Assembly (NCBI GenBank): GCA_951406725.2 | Contig: OX597825.1 | Location: 62,496,001 to 62,560,000, forward strand | DNA: 64,000 nucleotides | Origin: Octopus vulgaris | Taxonomy: Eukaryota | Direction: 5' to 3' | Shown here: positions 39,366 through 53,829 of the stretch, piece after piece | Layout: each line of letters begins with the position of its first letter | Position numbering within the stretch: the first letter of the stretch is position 1 | Translations under genes and position numbers: made by a program | The notes under the pieces: generated by a model | What the model was told of the DNA's origin: nothing | Databases searched by the model: none | Seen by the model: the letters and a program-made list of their open reading frames with translations, nothing else

Positions 39366-40748
39366 ACTAATTTGGTAATGAAGATGACTACTGCAAAAAT
39401 TTTAATATTTGAGTTTTGCTGCACAGATAATTGTTTCCATAGAAGCTTTTAGGATGCCTTATGGTATCTGCACTTGCTATTCTGATATTGAATATCATCC
39501 ACGTTAGACTGATACTTTGTCTCAGCTGCTCACTAAACTAAGTAGCATCAAATCCATAGGGTTGATTCAATAATTTACACCTTCCTTTACAAATGTGGAT
39601 TTCTTGCTTGCAAAATTAGCATAAATTTTGATAGAAATAAAAGCATAAAAGACTAATTTAAAATATTACAGAATTTTTTTTTTCCTTTCTGCAAGTAGGT
39701 TATTAAATTTAGTTGCTAAGTTACCAGGGATAGTTTTTACAAAACACCTACTCACATTAACAGAGTAAATACAGGCTGGAATTCTTTCCATATATTTCCA
39801 ACATTTTTGTTACAAATTTCAACACATCAAAAATATTATTGTAACAAAAGCAAAATACCAAAATCAAATAACTTTCATTAAATTTTAACTTGTTCATCTA
39901 CTGCATCTGGAGTCTTCTTCTACAGACTATTTTCTAATCAATAACTTTACAATTTCATTTTCTCATCACAATTGCACATGTATTTGTAGTTCATGGACTG
40001 ATATATACAACTTAAACTTTTCTATCAGAAAGTATTTCATGTTAACAAATAACAAAATCTTTCATCCAGAAGTAACTTGAAAGCTTTCAAACTCTTCCTC
40101 AGCTCATCAAAAGTTTCTAGAATAGGAAAAACCACCCATATTTCAAACTAAATATCTCAGAAACCACCTATTACTATTTTTAATTCTATTATTTAAAATA
40201 CACTGACTACATTTATTTTCTAAAAAATTTATATTTCAGGGAAGATTTTAATCTAAATCAAATTTGACATTTCAAATTGTAGTTCAGTTTTATGGCAAAA
40301 ATGTTCTAAATGTCAAAGGGGCCATTTTCCTGACTGATCTCATAATTTTTGAAAGCAACAGATTCTATGGATGTAGTTGACTTTCATAACACCACAGTTG
40401 GAAGCAATATAATGGAAGGATTTTGAGCAAGGAAGAAAAAAAATGTCTTTTAGAACAATAAAGGATGATTTCAATTTTAACAAAAAGTATCTAAATACAA
40501 AGAAAATAGATATGGAACTATACACATATATAAATGTCTTCACACACACATTTGCATATATGTATGACAGTGTACATAGACACACACACACACACACACA
40601 TATATATAGATATAGATATATACATATATATACATATTTGTGTATATATATGTATATATATCTGTGTACATATATATATATCTATACATACATGTATATC
40701 ATTATAATATATATATATGTATACATACAAACATATATTATATATATG

Positions 40749-40825
<77 letters not shown>

Positions 40826-40943
40826 TTGTGTATATATGTATATATATATCTGTGTACATATATATATATTTATATACATGTATATCATTATAATATATAT
40901 ATGTATACATATATATAAATATATATGTGTGTATATATACATG

Positions 40944-40993
<50 letters not shown>

Positions 40994-42519
40994 CATATAT
41001 ATCGTATATATAGATATCATACAAATAACATATATATTTACAACTATCATATATCTAAGTTAGAAAAACCGAAGACAGATTCCATTACAGGATTTGGACA
41101 ACCCATCTATCACTTGCTGGGTGATCATTTTGCTAATTGTAAAAATGGCCTTCAACAAATTCTACTGATAAATTAACACCCTGAACTGAAAATTAAAATT
41201 AAAATTAAAGCTAAATGTCGTTTGTTTTCTATGAAGCTCAATATAGTCTTCTCTTCTAAAGAAAATCATGCCCTTTTCTCCTTTTACAATTTGTTGTTCT
41301 CCACATGATTTGTATAAAACAATGAAATGTTTAAGTTCTGGTGCTGAATTGAATTAAAACATGTTTATTATTAAAGGCCAGCAAAAGCTATCTGAAACAT
41401 TGAGTAAACAAGTAAATACATATAGCATATCTATTATATTGACGCTGAAGATATCAGACAAATATATATGCTATATAGTCATACATGCATACACACATAA
41501 ATACATACTTGCACACTCAAATACAAACATAGACAGAAGCACCCACACACATGTGCACAGACACACAGACACACAAACACACACACACACACGTTATTTA
41601 TGGTGTGACTGGTTAATGGTGAGGTGAAAAGTATGCAGATGTCTTTATTACACCAATGTTGGAATAGATATGTATAAGATATATGTATTAAAAGAAAGGT
41701 GTGTGAGTATTTTGGGCACATACCTCATCATCATCATCATCATTTAACGTCTGCTTTTTATGCTGGCATGGGTTGGCCAGTTTGACTGGAGCTGATGGGT
41801 CAGAGAGCTGCACCAGGTTCCGGTTTGATTTGGGATGGTTTCTAAAGCTCAATGCCCTTCCTAATGCCAACCACTCCAAGAGTGTAATTGGTGCTAATTA
41901 GAATACTTTATGTAGAGGAATATTTTATTTAGCAATTAGAAATATCAGCAGTGGTTGTGTGGTAAGAAGTTGCTTCCAAACCACATGGCTTTGGGTTCAG
42001 TTCCACTGCATGCCACCTTGAGCGGGTGGTTTCTACTCTAGCCTTGGGCTGACTAAAACCATGTGAGTAGATTTGAAAGATGGAAACTGAAAGAAGCCTG
42101 TTGTATATATATATATAAGGCGTAGGAGTGGCTGTGTGGTAAGTAGCTTGCTTACCAACCACATGGTTCCAGGTTCAGTCCCACTGCGTGGCATCTTGGA
42201 CAAGTGTCTTCTACTATAGCCTTGAGCCGACCAAAGACTTGGGAGTGGATTTGATAGACGGAAACTGAAAGAAGCCCATCGTATATATGTATATATATGT
42301 TTATGCATCTGTTTGTCCTCCCAACATCACTTGACAACCGATGCTGTTGTGTTTATGTCCCCAAAACTTAGCGGTTCGGCAGATGAGACCGATAGAATAA
42401 GTACTAGGCTTACAAAGAATAAGTCCTTGGGTCGATTTGCTCGACTAAAGGCAGTGCTCCAGCATGGCCACAGTCAAATGACTGAAACAAGTAACAGAGT
42501 AAAAAGAGTAATGAGCATA

Positions 42520-43127
42520 TATTTTAACTGCATCAGTAAACTTAAATGGACCTGTAATGTCTCCTCCATCTCTACCAGCCCGAAACATGATTCCTCCACC
42601 ACCCTGCTGTCTTCTTAATCGTGTCGGTTGACTTTTTCCATGTAGCACCCAGCCTCTTGCCCATCTATCAGGTCTGTCTAATGTTGCCCTGAACTGGTCA
42701 GTAAAAATTATATTTGTAAAGACTTCATATATCTTTTTACTCATATCACTCTTTTTTTTCTTTATGTACTTTATTTAAAGGAAGCAATTTTGCAAAATTT
42801 ATGACTTTGCTTATGTCTTTTAGTATTGCGCAACGTTTTTTTCCTTTGTACGTTAGAGATTCCTGCTTCTTCAAAGATTTGTTTGCTGGTTAACCCACTT
42901 TTCTTGCACATAATTCTTTCGAGTTTTCTCTTATCTCTATTTTTGATGTTCTTGAAACCTGTTTTCTTCCATATTTTTACTCTCTCTACGATTTGTACCT
43001 GTTTTTTTTTTTATTATTGCTCTGTGATCTTTAGCGTTTTAGAAATTGCAATTCTCGTATCCCCTTCTCCCGGTAGTTTCACTATTTCTTTCATCTCCTT
43101 TGATGTTATATCTTTACTTCGACCCAT
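42520..43127 (-). mobile_element. Tc1/Tc3-like transposase relic, N-terminal half
   Basis: Starts MGRSKDITSKE at 43127. IIFTDQFRATLDRPDRWARGWVLHGKSQPTRLRRQQGGGGIMF corresponds to 'FTDE.R..LDGPDGW...W....R..RQQGGG.VM.W'. Confidence 0.85.
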
Positions 43128-45188
43128 TTCTATATTTCCTGTATCTGAAATTAAGAAAAAAACATTTCAAACTCACATATTACATGGGGGAAAGCAGTAT
43201 CATGTTAACTTGCATAATAAAAAGAAACACCCTATAAACGTGTTTTTCTTCATTTCCTCTTTAAATGTACTCTGATTTAGACAAAAAGTACACAGACATG
43301 GGATATATAAAGGGCAACTGGAAATATTTCTTTTGCAAACCTTTGTAAAGTTAGGCATGGTAATATGGTTAACAAATTCACTTTACAAAAACAAGAATTT
43401 AGAGGTTATTGTTACTCATTGTCATTTTAGGCAAGTTGTTTATATCCAAGTCTTAAGTCAACCAATTCCATATGAGCAAAATTTGACAATCAGAAACTTG
43501 GTGAAAGTATATCCGAGGGATGCTGTTGCTTCGGGAGGATAGTCTACTCTTTGCCTTGTTTACCATTCTAACTGGCTCTTAGATGATTTGAGTGGTTTTA
43601 GCATTTGAGTGGTTTTAGCATTCTCTTGTAATCATTTCAGCCAGACATTAAGTCTGGGAACAACCTCATTCATTCAACTTGCCAGCTTTCAGAGCCTTAA
43701 AAGTATCACAAATACTGTCCCACCTTTGAGTCTAAATTTAAAAGTTTTATGTTAATATTTATGGACACGATCTATTTAATCATGGAGTACATTTTGTTTT
43801 GTGTTCTTTACCATTAAAAATACTTGTCATGTTCTATTGTTTGACTCGACGTTCTTGTATAAAACACAAGACATTAAAAGATATGTATTGAATAAAAACC
43901 TTTTCTTTTTGAGTGTGTGAATAATTTTCCTGTCATGTCTTTTTGTATGTTCTTTCAATTTCCCATTACTGAATTCATTCACAAGGCTTTGGGCTGATTG
44001 AAGTTTTAGTAGAAGGCATTTGTCCAAGGTACAATAATACTGAATCAAATCTACATAGCTTTGGTTCCATTCCACTGCATGGTACTATGGGCAAGTGTCT
44101 CATACTACAGAAACCAAAAGAAAAATCATATAAAGAAATGCAATTCATTTCATTGATTAATCATATTTGGATTCACTTTTAATTTTCAGATTGTTTTATG
44201 AATGTGTACCAAAGAACATTTAGAAATGAATATGAAAGAAGCAAGAAAGTTATGTAATAATAGGTAATATTTACTCGAGAGATTCATATTGTTGATATTT
44301 GCTTGGTATAATAAAGTAGAGAGATGGCAGAAGTGTTAGCACACTCTTTTACTCTTTTACTTGTTTCAGTCATTTGACTGTGGCCATGCTGGAGCACAGC
44401 TTTTAGTCGAGCAAATCGACCCCAGGACTTATTCTTTGTAAGCCTAGTACTTATTCTATCAGTCTCTTTTGCTAAACCACTAAGTTACGGGGACGTAAAC
44501 ACACCAGCATCGGTGATGTTGGAGGGGGGGGAACAAACACAGACACACAAACACACACACATATATATCGATACATATATACAACAGGCTTCTTTCAGTG
44601 TCTGTATACCAAATCCGCTCACAAAGATTTGGCCAGCCCAAGGCTATAGTAGAAGACACTTGCCCAAGGTGCCATGCTGTGGGACTGAACCCGGAACCAT
44701 GTGGTTGGTTAGCAAGCTAGGCAAAATGCTTAGCAGGATTTTGATGTTCAGACTAACCAAAGTCATACAAGTGGATTTAGTAAACAGTAACTGAAAGTAT
44801 CTCTTAGTGTGTTTGTATATACGTGTGTATGTGTTTGTGTGTGCAGTTTTGTTCTGACATTATGAGATGGTTCTATACAAGTGCCATGGTCATTACATGC
44901 AATGTTATCTATTTCCAATCTTCCATCAAAAACATGTCTTGCCATGAATATATTTTATCTTGCTTAGAAACAGGTGTAAGTTGGTCAAATATTTACTATA
45001 GGAATTGCTATGGCTCTGTGCCTTTCTGCAGGAAGAACACATGGTTGTAGAGAGTCTGCATCTGCAAATTCTGTCTTCCAGTATGGAAAAGTGGTCATTA
45101 AGACAAGGTAATGTACAGTAAGCATAAAAAGTACTGCCCCTCAAATTCTAGAATCCAAAATGATAATTAAATGTGGATCTGATAAATA

Positions 45189-45755
45189 TTGGGTTGTCCG
45201 GAAAGTTCGTGCCGATTTACAATAGCTTACATTTCAACTTATTTTAGAACATGGTTGAGTCCATAAAATAGGATTTGACTACATCTCCATTTAGAACACA
45301 GTTTAAGCTATCTTTTCTTGGAGCAAGGTTTATGTTCCTATAACCTGTGTTCATTCTGTAACCCTTTAAAGTGGAAGATAAGAAAGTTCCTTTTCAGCAC
45401 TTGATGCTTTGGGAACCATACAAAAATTTCTGAAGCTGGGCTGGGATGTGTTATCCCACCCTCCATATTCACCAGATATTGCTCTTTCAGATTTCCACCT
45501 ATTCAGGTCTCTACAGAATAGTCTTAATGGTAAAAATTTCAATTCCTTGGATGACGTAAAAAGATACCTTGATGAATTCTTTGCCATAAAACCATCTCAA
45601 TTCTGGAGAAGAGGGTATTTTCAAGTTAAAGGAAAGATGAAGACGCATTGTGCAACAAAATGGTTCATGTTTGGTAGATTAAAAATGTAATGGCAAGAGT
45701 TTATTGACCTTTTTCTTTCCTTTAAGAATCAGCACGAACTTTCCAGACAACCCAA
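45189..45755 (+). mobile_element. Internally deleted mariner (DD34D) element with intact TIRs
   Basis: TA|TTGGGTTGTCCGGAAAGTTCGTGCCGATT ... AATCAGCACGAACTTTCCAGACAACCCAA|TA. Coding remnant LGWDVLSHPPYSPDIALSDFHLFRSLQNSL fused to a short N-terminal stub. Confidence 0.93.
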
Positions 45756-47223
45756 TATAATTGCCTTACATGTGTGTGTGTGTTTTTTTGTGTGTGTGGG
45801 TGTGGTGTATGGGGTGTGTGTATATATATCTTCATTTTTTAAATACATTGTCTTACTTTAACGGCTTTACATGAATGAAAAAAGGTATCATTATACCACC
45901 TTTAGCTTAGTAAACAAAGCATTTGATGAGTGAAATCAAAATATTTTCATATCATCAGTATCGACACATTTAAAACCAAATTACTCAAGTACTTCTCTTA
46001 TTAAGATAAAGAAAGAACTTAGCAAAATATCAATAAAAAGGAAAAATTTACAGAATTAATTCTAATGACTTTAGTTTGAAAATTAATTCATATTAGATCA
46101 GCATTCTATTACATATTGTTAAACTCTATGATGTAATGGCTTTTAATGTTTAAAGTGCTTCAGGAATTATTTGGAAAATATAAAAGCTAATTGTTTAAAT
46201 AAACAAAAGAAAAGTCACAAATAGAAATGCTATTAAGTTCATTGGTTAATTATATTTGGATGTATTTTAAAATTTTTTAAAAATTCTTTTATGAAAGAGT
46301 ATCAAAGAAAATTTATAAGTGAATATGAATGAAGCAAGAAAGTTATATTCCATTTAGAGAAATAGAATAATAGACAAACATTAACGTGTTAAAAGATGAC
46401 TCAAGTGAATAATTGCCAAGTGTTGGCATAGAAAGTATTGCCCTTGTAATTCTAGAATCCACACGAATGAAAGATTTAATTGCTATAACAACAGAAAATT
46501 ATCTGGTAACCTCTTGGTAGTCAGATACAAAAAAAAAACCCAAAGAAAACAAAAAGAAAAAAATTAAATTCTTAATATACTTCTTAATTAACAAACTAAT
46601 TATAAAATGTAATCATATCAGTTGATTGGCATTGAAGAAGTTGGTTAGGCTGAGTTGGCTGTTTGAAGTAAACGTACGTCAATATTCCTTTTTATTTACA
46701 CCACCAATGCCACTGCCACCACCACCACCACCACCGCCACCATCACCACCGTAAGGGTTATCTCAATGTTTTAGTTTAGAATATATATATCTTCTATGTT
46801 ATAAATTCTTAATCCTACTGGAAACCACTTAACAAGTCTGTAACTGTAATGGTCCACAGATAGAGTTTTGAAATATTTTACCAAAATTGTAAAAACAGTT
46901 AGATGAGAAGTTGGCAACATTCCATAAATGGGTTATTGAGATTTTTTTTTTTGTTTTTTTTTTTCAGTTAGCCTCAGACCTTTCTGAAAAGGTTTCAGCC
47001 TTAAGTATTTGTCAACCATCAAATAACTAGTTTATGATTTTTAGATAGTAGGCATAGGAGTGGCTGTGTGGTAAGTAGCTTGCTTACCAACCACGTGGTT
47101 CTGGGTTCAGTCCCACTTAGTGGCACCTTGGGCAAGTGTCTTCTACTATAACCTTCTACTATAACCTCAGGCTGACCAAAGACTTGTGAGTGGATTTGGT
47201 AGATAGAAACTGAAAGAATCCCG

Positions 47224-47260
<37 letters not shown>

Positions 47261-47804
47261 GTTGTGGTATCAAAGCGACGAAAATAGTTTGACAAATTAA
47301 ATTTAAATGTTGAAGTGAATCTAACAGTTTTTGTGTGTTTCTTAAATGGCTTATAAACACCTTCCACACTGCAATTGTTTTTATTTTCACTTTTATACAT
47401 ACTTTTATTACTTGGTTTTGGATCATAATTCGTTTCCTTTTTTTTATGCTTCAGTATTTGTTGTTGCAAAAGCCAGCCTCTCTTTTGTACCTACAAAGAT
47501 CCAACAGCACAAATTAGCAGCAGGAAAACCACAGACCAGTCCAGCCCAGCCCAGTGCAGTGCAGCAAGCCAGTCTGTTCAAAAAGAAGTCAAGCATAGCA
47601 AGGTGTCTTCAAAACACACATCTCATGGAGTGTAGTTCTTTGTTAATTGGTTTCACTCTGACTGACTTCTACTAACTATCAGGTCATCCCATAAGTTCTG
47701 TCCGAATTTTGAATAAAGAAAATAAGCGATCAAATGTTATATTTAATTGAAATTTAATCATCAGTGTACTTTCCCCTGATTATCTATGACTTCCAGTTTG
47801 ATTA

Positions 47805-48198
47805 AAGCAGCGAGCTAGCAGAAACGTTAGCACGCTGGGCGAAATGCTTAGCGGTATTTCGTCTGCTGCTATGTTCTGAGTTCAAATTCTGCTGAGGTCG
47901 GCTTTGCCTTTCATCCTTTCAGGGTCAATTTAATAAGTACCAGTTATGCACTAGGGTCGATATAATTGACTTAATCCGTTTGTCTGTCCTTCTTTGTTCT
48001 CTCTGTGTTTAACTCCTTGTACGTAGTAAAGAAATAGGTATTTTGTCTGTCTTTACATTCTGAGTTCAGTTTCCGACTTTACCTTTCATCCATTTGGGGT
48101 TGATGAATTAAGTATCAGCTGTGTGCTGCGGTTGATCTAATCGACTGGCCCCTTTCCCCAAAATTTCGAACCTTGTGCCTAGATTAGAGAAGAATATT
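47805..48198 (+). mobile_element. Group C SINE dimer (Tx1-tailed unit followed by an alternative-tail unit), interrupting a mariner end (47678-47795)
   Basis: The first unit ends TAAAGAAATA (48036). The second resumes at GGTATTTT (48037). Confidence 0.8.
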
Positions 48199-49126
48199 AC
48201 AGTCCGATTACACAGAATAATTGAACAATATCACTTAATTATTACACAGAAAATAAAACAACCTCACAAATTTACCATAGAAAATGATAGTCAAGTTAAC
48301 ACCAACATAACTTATTCTCTCCTTCAGAATATTATGTATAATTGTTAATCCACTATTTACTTCTAAGTGCTTACTTTCACAATTTATTTGAGCACAAACC
48401 ATTTGTGCTGCAAACTGTATAACAATTATTAATATGCTATGTCATATATCAGAAACAACAATTGCCAATAATTTTGGTAATGAGATAAAATAATTATCTA
48501 TCGCTTTATATAATAACCTATTTAAAAAATTAATACTGATGCAATTGTCTTCATTTTCTGTAAATAAACAGTTATTTTTTTCCCTTTTCAAAGTAATTGT
48601 ACAGTTTTTATATTAGAATTTTTTAAATGTTGTTTGTTTCATTAACCACTAAAAATGAAAATCAGAATATTCCAGGAAGAAAATTTAGCAGACAGCTTAA
48701 TGTGACCTTCCTTTCTTAAAGTTATGCTATAGAAAAATCTGGTGTTGGTGTGTTTACATCTCCATAACTAAGCAGTTTGTCTAAAAAGATAATATTAGAA
48801 GTACACAAGTAAATCTTGTATTCACCATAACAGAAGGTACTGTGATTACTATTCACATTACAATGGGCTCGGCCCCTAAGACTTAAGTTTATTTGTGACA
48901 AATGCTGCACAGTTTTATAATATGAACAGCCAAGCATAAATAATTGTTAGCTGCTTTATCAACTCTACTGAACACAACTCTGCAAGATTCCCGTATTTGT
49001 GTTTGAAACTGAGGTGCAATGCAATATCAAGTAGATAGCATGACAGCAAGAAATATAATCATTATTGTTAAGGTAGCAAGCTGGTAGAATTGTTAGCATG
49101 TTGGACAAAATGCATAGTGGTATTTC

Positions 49127-49353
49127 CCGAGCTGGCAGAATCGTTAGCACGCTGGGCGAAATGCCAAGCGGTATTTCGTATGCCGTTACATTCTGAGTTC
49201 AAATTCCGCCGAGGTCGACTTTGCCTTTCATCCTTCCGGAGTCGGTAAATTAAGTACCAGTTACGCACTGGGGTTGATATAATCGACTTAATCCGTTTGT
49301 CTGTCCTTGTTTGTCCTCTCTGTGTTTAGCCCCTTATGGGTAGTAATGAAATA
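49127..49353 (+). mobile_element. Group C Tx1-tailed SINE inserted in an older group C SINE, with an 8-bp TSD
   Basis: GGTATTTC at 49119-49126 and 49354-49361. The host copy spans ~49070-49522. Confidence 0.88.
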
Positions 49354-50109
49354 GGTATTTCGCCTGTCACTATGTTCCAAGTTCAAATTATGCCGAGGTC
49401 AACTTAGCCTTTCGTTGTTTTGGGGTTGATAAATTAAGTACCAGCGAAGCATTGGGGTCGATGTAAACGACTAGCCTCTACCCCCATTGTTTCAGGCCTT
49501 TTGCCTTTGGTAGAAAGGATTATTATCATTATTGTTGAGGCAGTGAGCTGGTAGAATCATTAGAGCACTGGACAAAATGTTTAGGGGCATTGTGTTCGTC
49601 TTTGTTCTGGGTTCAAATTCCATCAAGGTTGACTTTGCCATTCATCATTTTGGAGTTGATAAATTAAGTACCAGTTACGTACTGGGGTTAATGTAATCCC
49701 CCTTTTGCCAAAATTTCAGTCCTTGTGCCTTTATCATTGTCGTCAACCTTCTCCATCATCATCATCGTCATCCTTCTCCTTTTTCTCTTTCTGTTCTTCC
49801 TCCTCCTCCTCCTCATCATCATCATCATCTCCACCTTTCTCATTGTTTTAATGTATGTTTCACATACTTGCAAGGAACAGATGACCTTGTATGGGTGTTT
49901 ATACATCCATGTCTGTTAACGGTTATTTTTAATACTTTTCTTGTTGTATTGTGTGTTCATTTCTTTTTTGCATACTCTTTTACTCTTTTACTTGTTTCAG
50001 TCATTTGACTGCGGCCATGCTGGAGCACCGCCTTTAGTTGAGGACGTAAACACACCAGCATCGGTTGTCAAGCGATGGTGGGGGGACAAACACAGACACA
50101 CAAACATAT

Positions 50110-50142
<33 letters not shown>

Positions 50143-50588
50143 CATATATACGACAGGCTTCTTTCAGTTTCCGTCTACCAAATCCACTCACAAGGCATTG
50201 GTCGACCTGAGGCTATAGTAGAAAACACTTGCCCAAGATGCCATGCAGTGGGACTGAACCCGGAACCATGTGGTTGGTAAGCAAGCTACTTACCACACAG
50301 CCACTCCTGCGCCTATGCATCTGTGATTTTATTTTTCATCTTCTATGTAAATCAAGATATTTCCTTTGTTTTGCTGCTTTTCTTTCTATGAAAGGAGAAG
50401 ATACATTGCAGAGCTGTTATTTTAATAAGTTGTATATATTTATCACCTGATGAAAGGCATCTGCATTGCCAAATGCTCCTGAACCAGTTGTTAAGTGTCC
50501 CACCCATGAGGGATCAATGCTAGAAGTGCCAAAACAATTGTTGTGATTAATGAACATTTTTGTATATTCTGTTTTCCATCTTTCATTT

Positions 50589-50628
<40 letters not shown>

Positions 50629-50647
50629 AAAAGTAAGATGGTAGATG

Positions 50648-50724
<77 letters not shown>

Positions 50725-50828
50725 TAAATATATATATATGCATACATATATATTTATATACATACATATATTTATACATATATATATATATATACATACA
50801 TATATACATATATATATATGTATATAAG

Positions 50829-51130
50829 TGGAGGCGCAATGGCCCAGTGGTTAGGGTAGCGGACTCGCGGTCGGATGATCGCGGTTTCGATTCCCAGACC
50901 AGGTGTTGTGTGTGTTTATTGAGCGAAAACACCTAAAAGCTCCACGAGGCTCCGGCAGGGGGTGGTGATCCCTGCTGTACTCTTTCACCACTGTTTCTCC
51001 CACTCTTTCCTCTGTTAGCCTGCTCACTTAGCCAGCGGGGTGGTGTCATTCAAAGGCTAAAACAATGTGAATGCATTGTGACCTGCGATGTGTAACAACA
51101 TCTGATGGTCTGGTCGGTCACGTGAACACA
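50829..51130 (+). mobile_element. Group B SINE, body variant 2
   Basis: Head GGAGGCGCAATGGCCCAGTGGTTAGGG...GGTTTCGATTCCCAGACC. The 3' part GCGATGTGTAACAACATCTGATGGTCTGGTCGGTCACGTG also occurs at ~56480-56525 and, in reverse, at ~60900. Confidence 0.8.
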
Positions 51131-51179
51131 TGATATGTATATATATCTATATATATGTATGTATATATCTACATCTATC

Positions 51180-51215
<36 letters not shown>

Positions 51216-51900
51216 GGTATATATATATATGAAACAAGGTTCTGTTTTCACCTACTAATTTCATTCACCTGCAGTTAGTATAGGAAATGTCAGTTGACAA
51301 GTTCCACACACTTATGAAATAAAAGAAAAACCATCTTCTCAACCATACAGCACCTTGTCTGCAATTATTCTTTGCAATACAAAACAATTGGTAGAGGATA
51401 ATATATTATGCACTTTATTTCATCATGTTACATATTAGAAATGTAATTACAGATGTGAACATTTTGAGATATTGAATTTCAATTTTCAGTGATTCTAATA
51501 TCAAAATATACATAAATCTTCCCTTACTTCACAAGTGATCTCTAGAAATAGATTCCAATCTATTTCCATCTTGATGGCAAACTAAATAAGGATTCATTTG
51601 AACTTTTATGTGAGAGTAAGACTGCAAAAATTAATCCCATATCTTAAACCAATCAATAGTCTTATGCAAAGATTATATTTCACTTTTGATGTGTGTGCAT
51701 GTGTGAGTGTGTGTGTGTATGTGTGTATGTGAGTGAGTGAGTGAGTGAATGTGTGTGTTAATGTAGTTACATGTGTATGTTGCACATATGTGTAACATAT
51801 ATATATATGCACACACACACAAATATAGAAATATATATAAATACACATGTATGTATGTGCATGCACAAAGACATGCAAACACACACTCACACACACAGAC

Positions 51901-51947
<47 letters not shown>

Positions 51948-52197
51948 TCATTTATAAGGTTTTATTTGTTTCATTTATATATATATATATATATTTGGTG
52001 CCATATACAAAACACCCAGTGCACTCTGTAAAGTGGTTGGTACTCGGATGAGCATCCTGCATCCTGCTGAAGTAACCATGTCAGAACAGACAACAGAGCT
52101 TGATGCAGCCCAGCCTAACCAATTCCTATCAAACCATCCAACCAATGCCAGCAAGGAAAGCAGATGTTCATTGATGCTGATAATAACAATGATGATG

Positions 52198-52271
<74 letters not shown>

Positions 52272-52295
52272 CTATCTGTCTGTCTGTCTCTCTCA

Positions 52296-52337
<42 letters not shown>

Positions 52338-52338
52338 G

Positions 52339-52404
<66 letters not shown>

Positions 52405-52689
52405 TATAATTCACAAAAAACAAAAGACAAAGACTGGTAGTGTAGACAGCAAACAGATGTATTAGTTTAACGCTCAGGAAGTGAAAAAGAATTTAACATT
52501 TCGAGCCTACGGTCTTCCACAGAAAGGAACATGGAAAGAAAATAAAGATTGTGAAGTGGCTAGCAATGTTGCGATGGGTAAGTTTTTACCTTTTTATATT
52601 TTCAATATTGCACAAGTTTTTGATTTTGTCACCTACACAGTATAGTAGGGTCAGTTGGACACTGTTTGTGAAAAAAACAGCACCACCAT

Positions 52690-53309
52690 GCAATTCACTC
52701 TAACAGGAATTTGGAAACGACTTGTTGTACTGCTTGGCATTCATGCTGGAAGCCCCATTACGAACATTTCAGAGTGTTCGGGTGTCAATCTGACACACAA
52801 AACATGTACTGTGAGTGATAGAAATGAAACATCCAGTCAACAGCATAGCGTTTGGTGTGATCACTAGTGATGGTGACGTTATGCTTCCATTCATCTTTCC
52901 ACACGGCCTCAGAATCAACATGGAAGCCTACATCAAGTACCTGGAGATGGTAGTGCTGCCCTGGGTCAAGAGGGTGGCCGCAGGAACTCCCTGTGTCTGG
53001 CAACAGGATTCTGCACCATTCCACACAAGCAGGAGAACCCAGTCATGGGCTGTGAGTCAATTTCTACAACCACATCACCCCTACCATCTGGCCACCTAAC
53101 TCTCCAAACTTCAACCCCCTTGATTATTATGTGTGGAGTGTAGTTGAGTAATAGACCAACAAAACTCCTTGTATCACCAAAGATGAACTGAAGGCAAGGA
53201 TTATGGCAGCATTCAGCACCTTAAACAAGGAGATCATCCAGAAGAGTTCCAAGCGATTCCAAAGTCGTCTGGAGTCTGTGGTTGAATCCAATGGCGATTT
53301 TATTGAATA
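52690..53309 (+). mobile_element. maT/DD37D-type transposase relic
   Basis: KHPVNSIAFGVITSDGDVMLPFIFPHGLRINMEAYIKYLEMVVLPWVKRVAAGTPCVWQQDSAPFHTSRRTQSW...WPPNSPNFNPLDYYVWSVVE...KDELKARIMAAF...VVESNGDFIE*. Confidence 0.9.
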
Positions 53310-53343
53310 AATTTAGTAGAATTTAATAGAATTTATTGAATAA

Positions 53344-53700
53344 AGTAATAGAAAGTCCTGGTGCCCCCATAAAATCTCTGATCTGAAGAACTTATCCCTT
53401 CAATAGGACCCTATGTACAGAGAACAATTGTAAAGATGAATCCACAGGTTAACTGCATGTTTATGAATATAGTGTACAGCTTATGATGTTCTGAAAGACG
53501 GTGCGGAAATATGACAACTACTTATATTGGAGAGTGTATAGGTAAAACTAGTGGGAGCTCAAAGAGAAAAAAGGCTCATCCATGCTCTACCAGCATGTTG
53601 AAGCAGAACATCAGCTTTCTTTTGTGGACCAATACCAACATTCACTGTGGTTAGCCAGCATACAAAACTGATTTAAAAGGAAATACAAAACTGATTTAAA
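53344..53700 (+). mobile_element. Penelope-like element GIY-YIG endonuclease relic
   Basis: VIESPGAPIKSLI*RTYPFNRTLCTENNC...NCMFMNIVYSL*CSERRCGNMTTTYIGE...MLYQHVEAEH contains the 'NC...N.VY...C..C....YIGE' motif. Confidence 0.7.
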
Positions 53701-53733
53701 AAGCATTACATATCGCTTTGAAGTCATTTTTGG

Positions 53734-53799
<66 letters not shown>

Positions 53800-53829
53800 G
53801 TATTACAGTTATGTTGAAACAGGTGATGC

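Noticed and set aside
40340-41176. YI/HT/VC-rich ORFs here and across the window
   Set aside because: Translations of (TA)n and (CA)n microsatellites.
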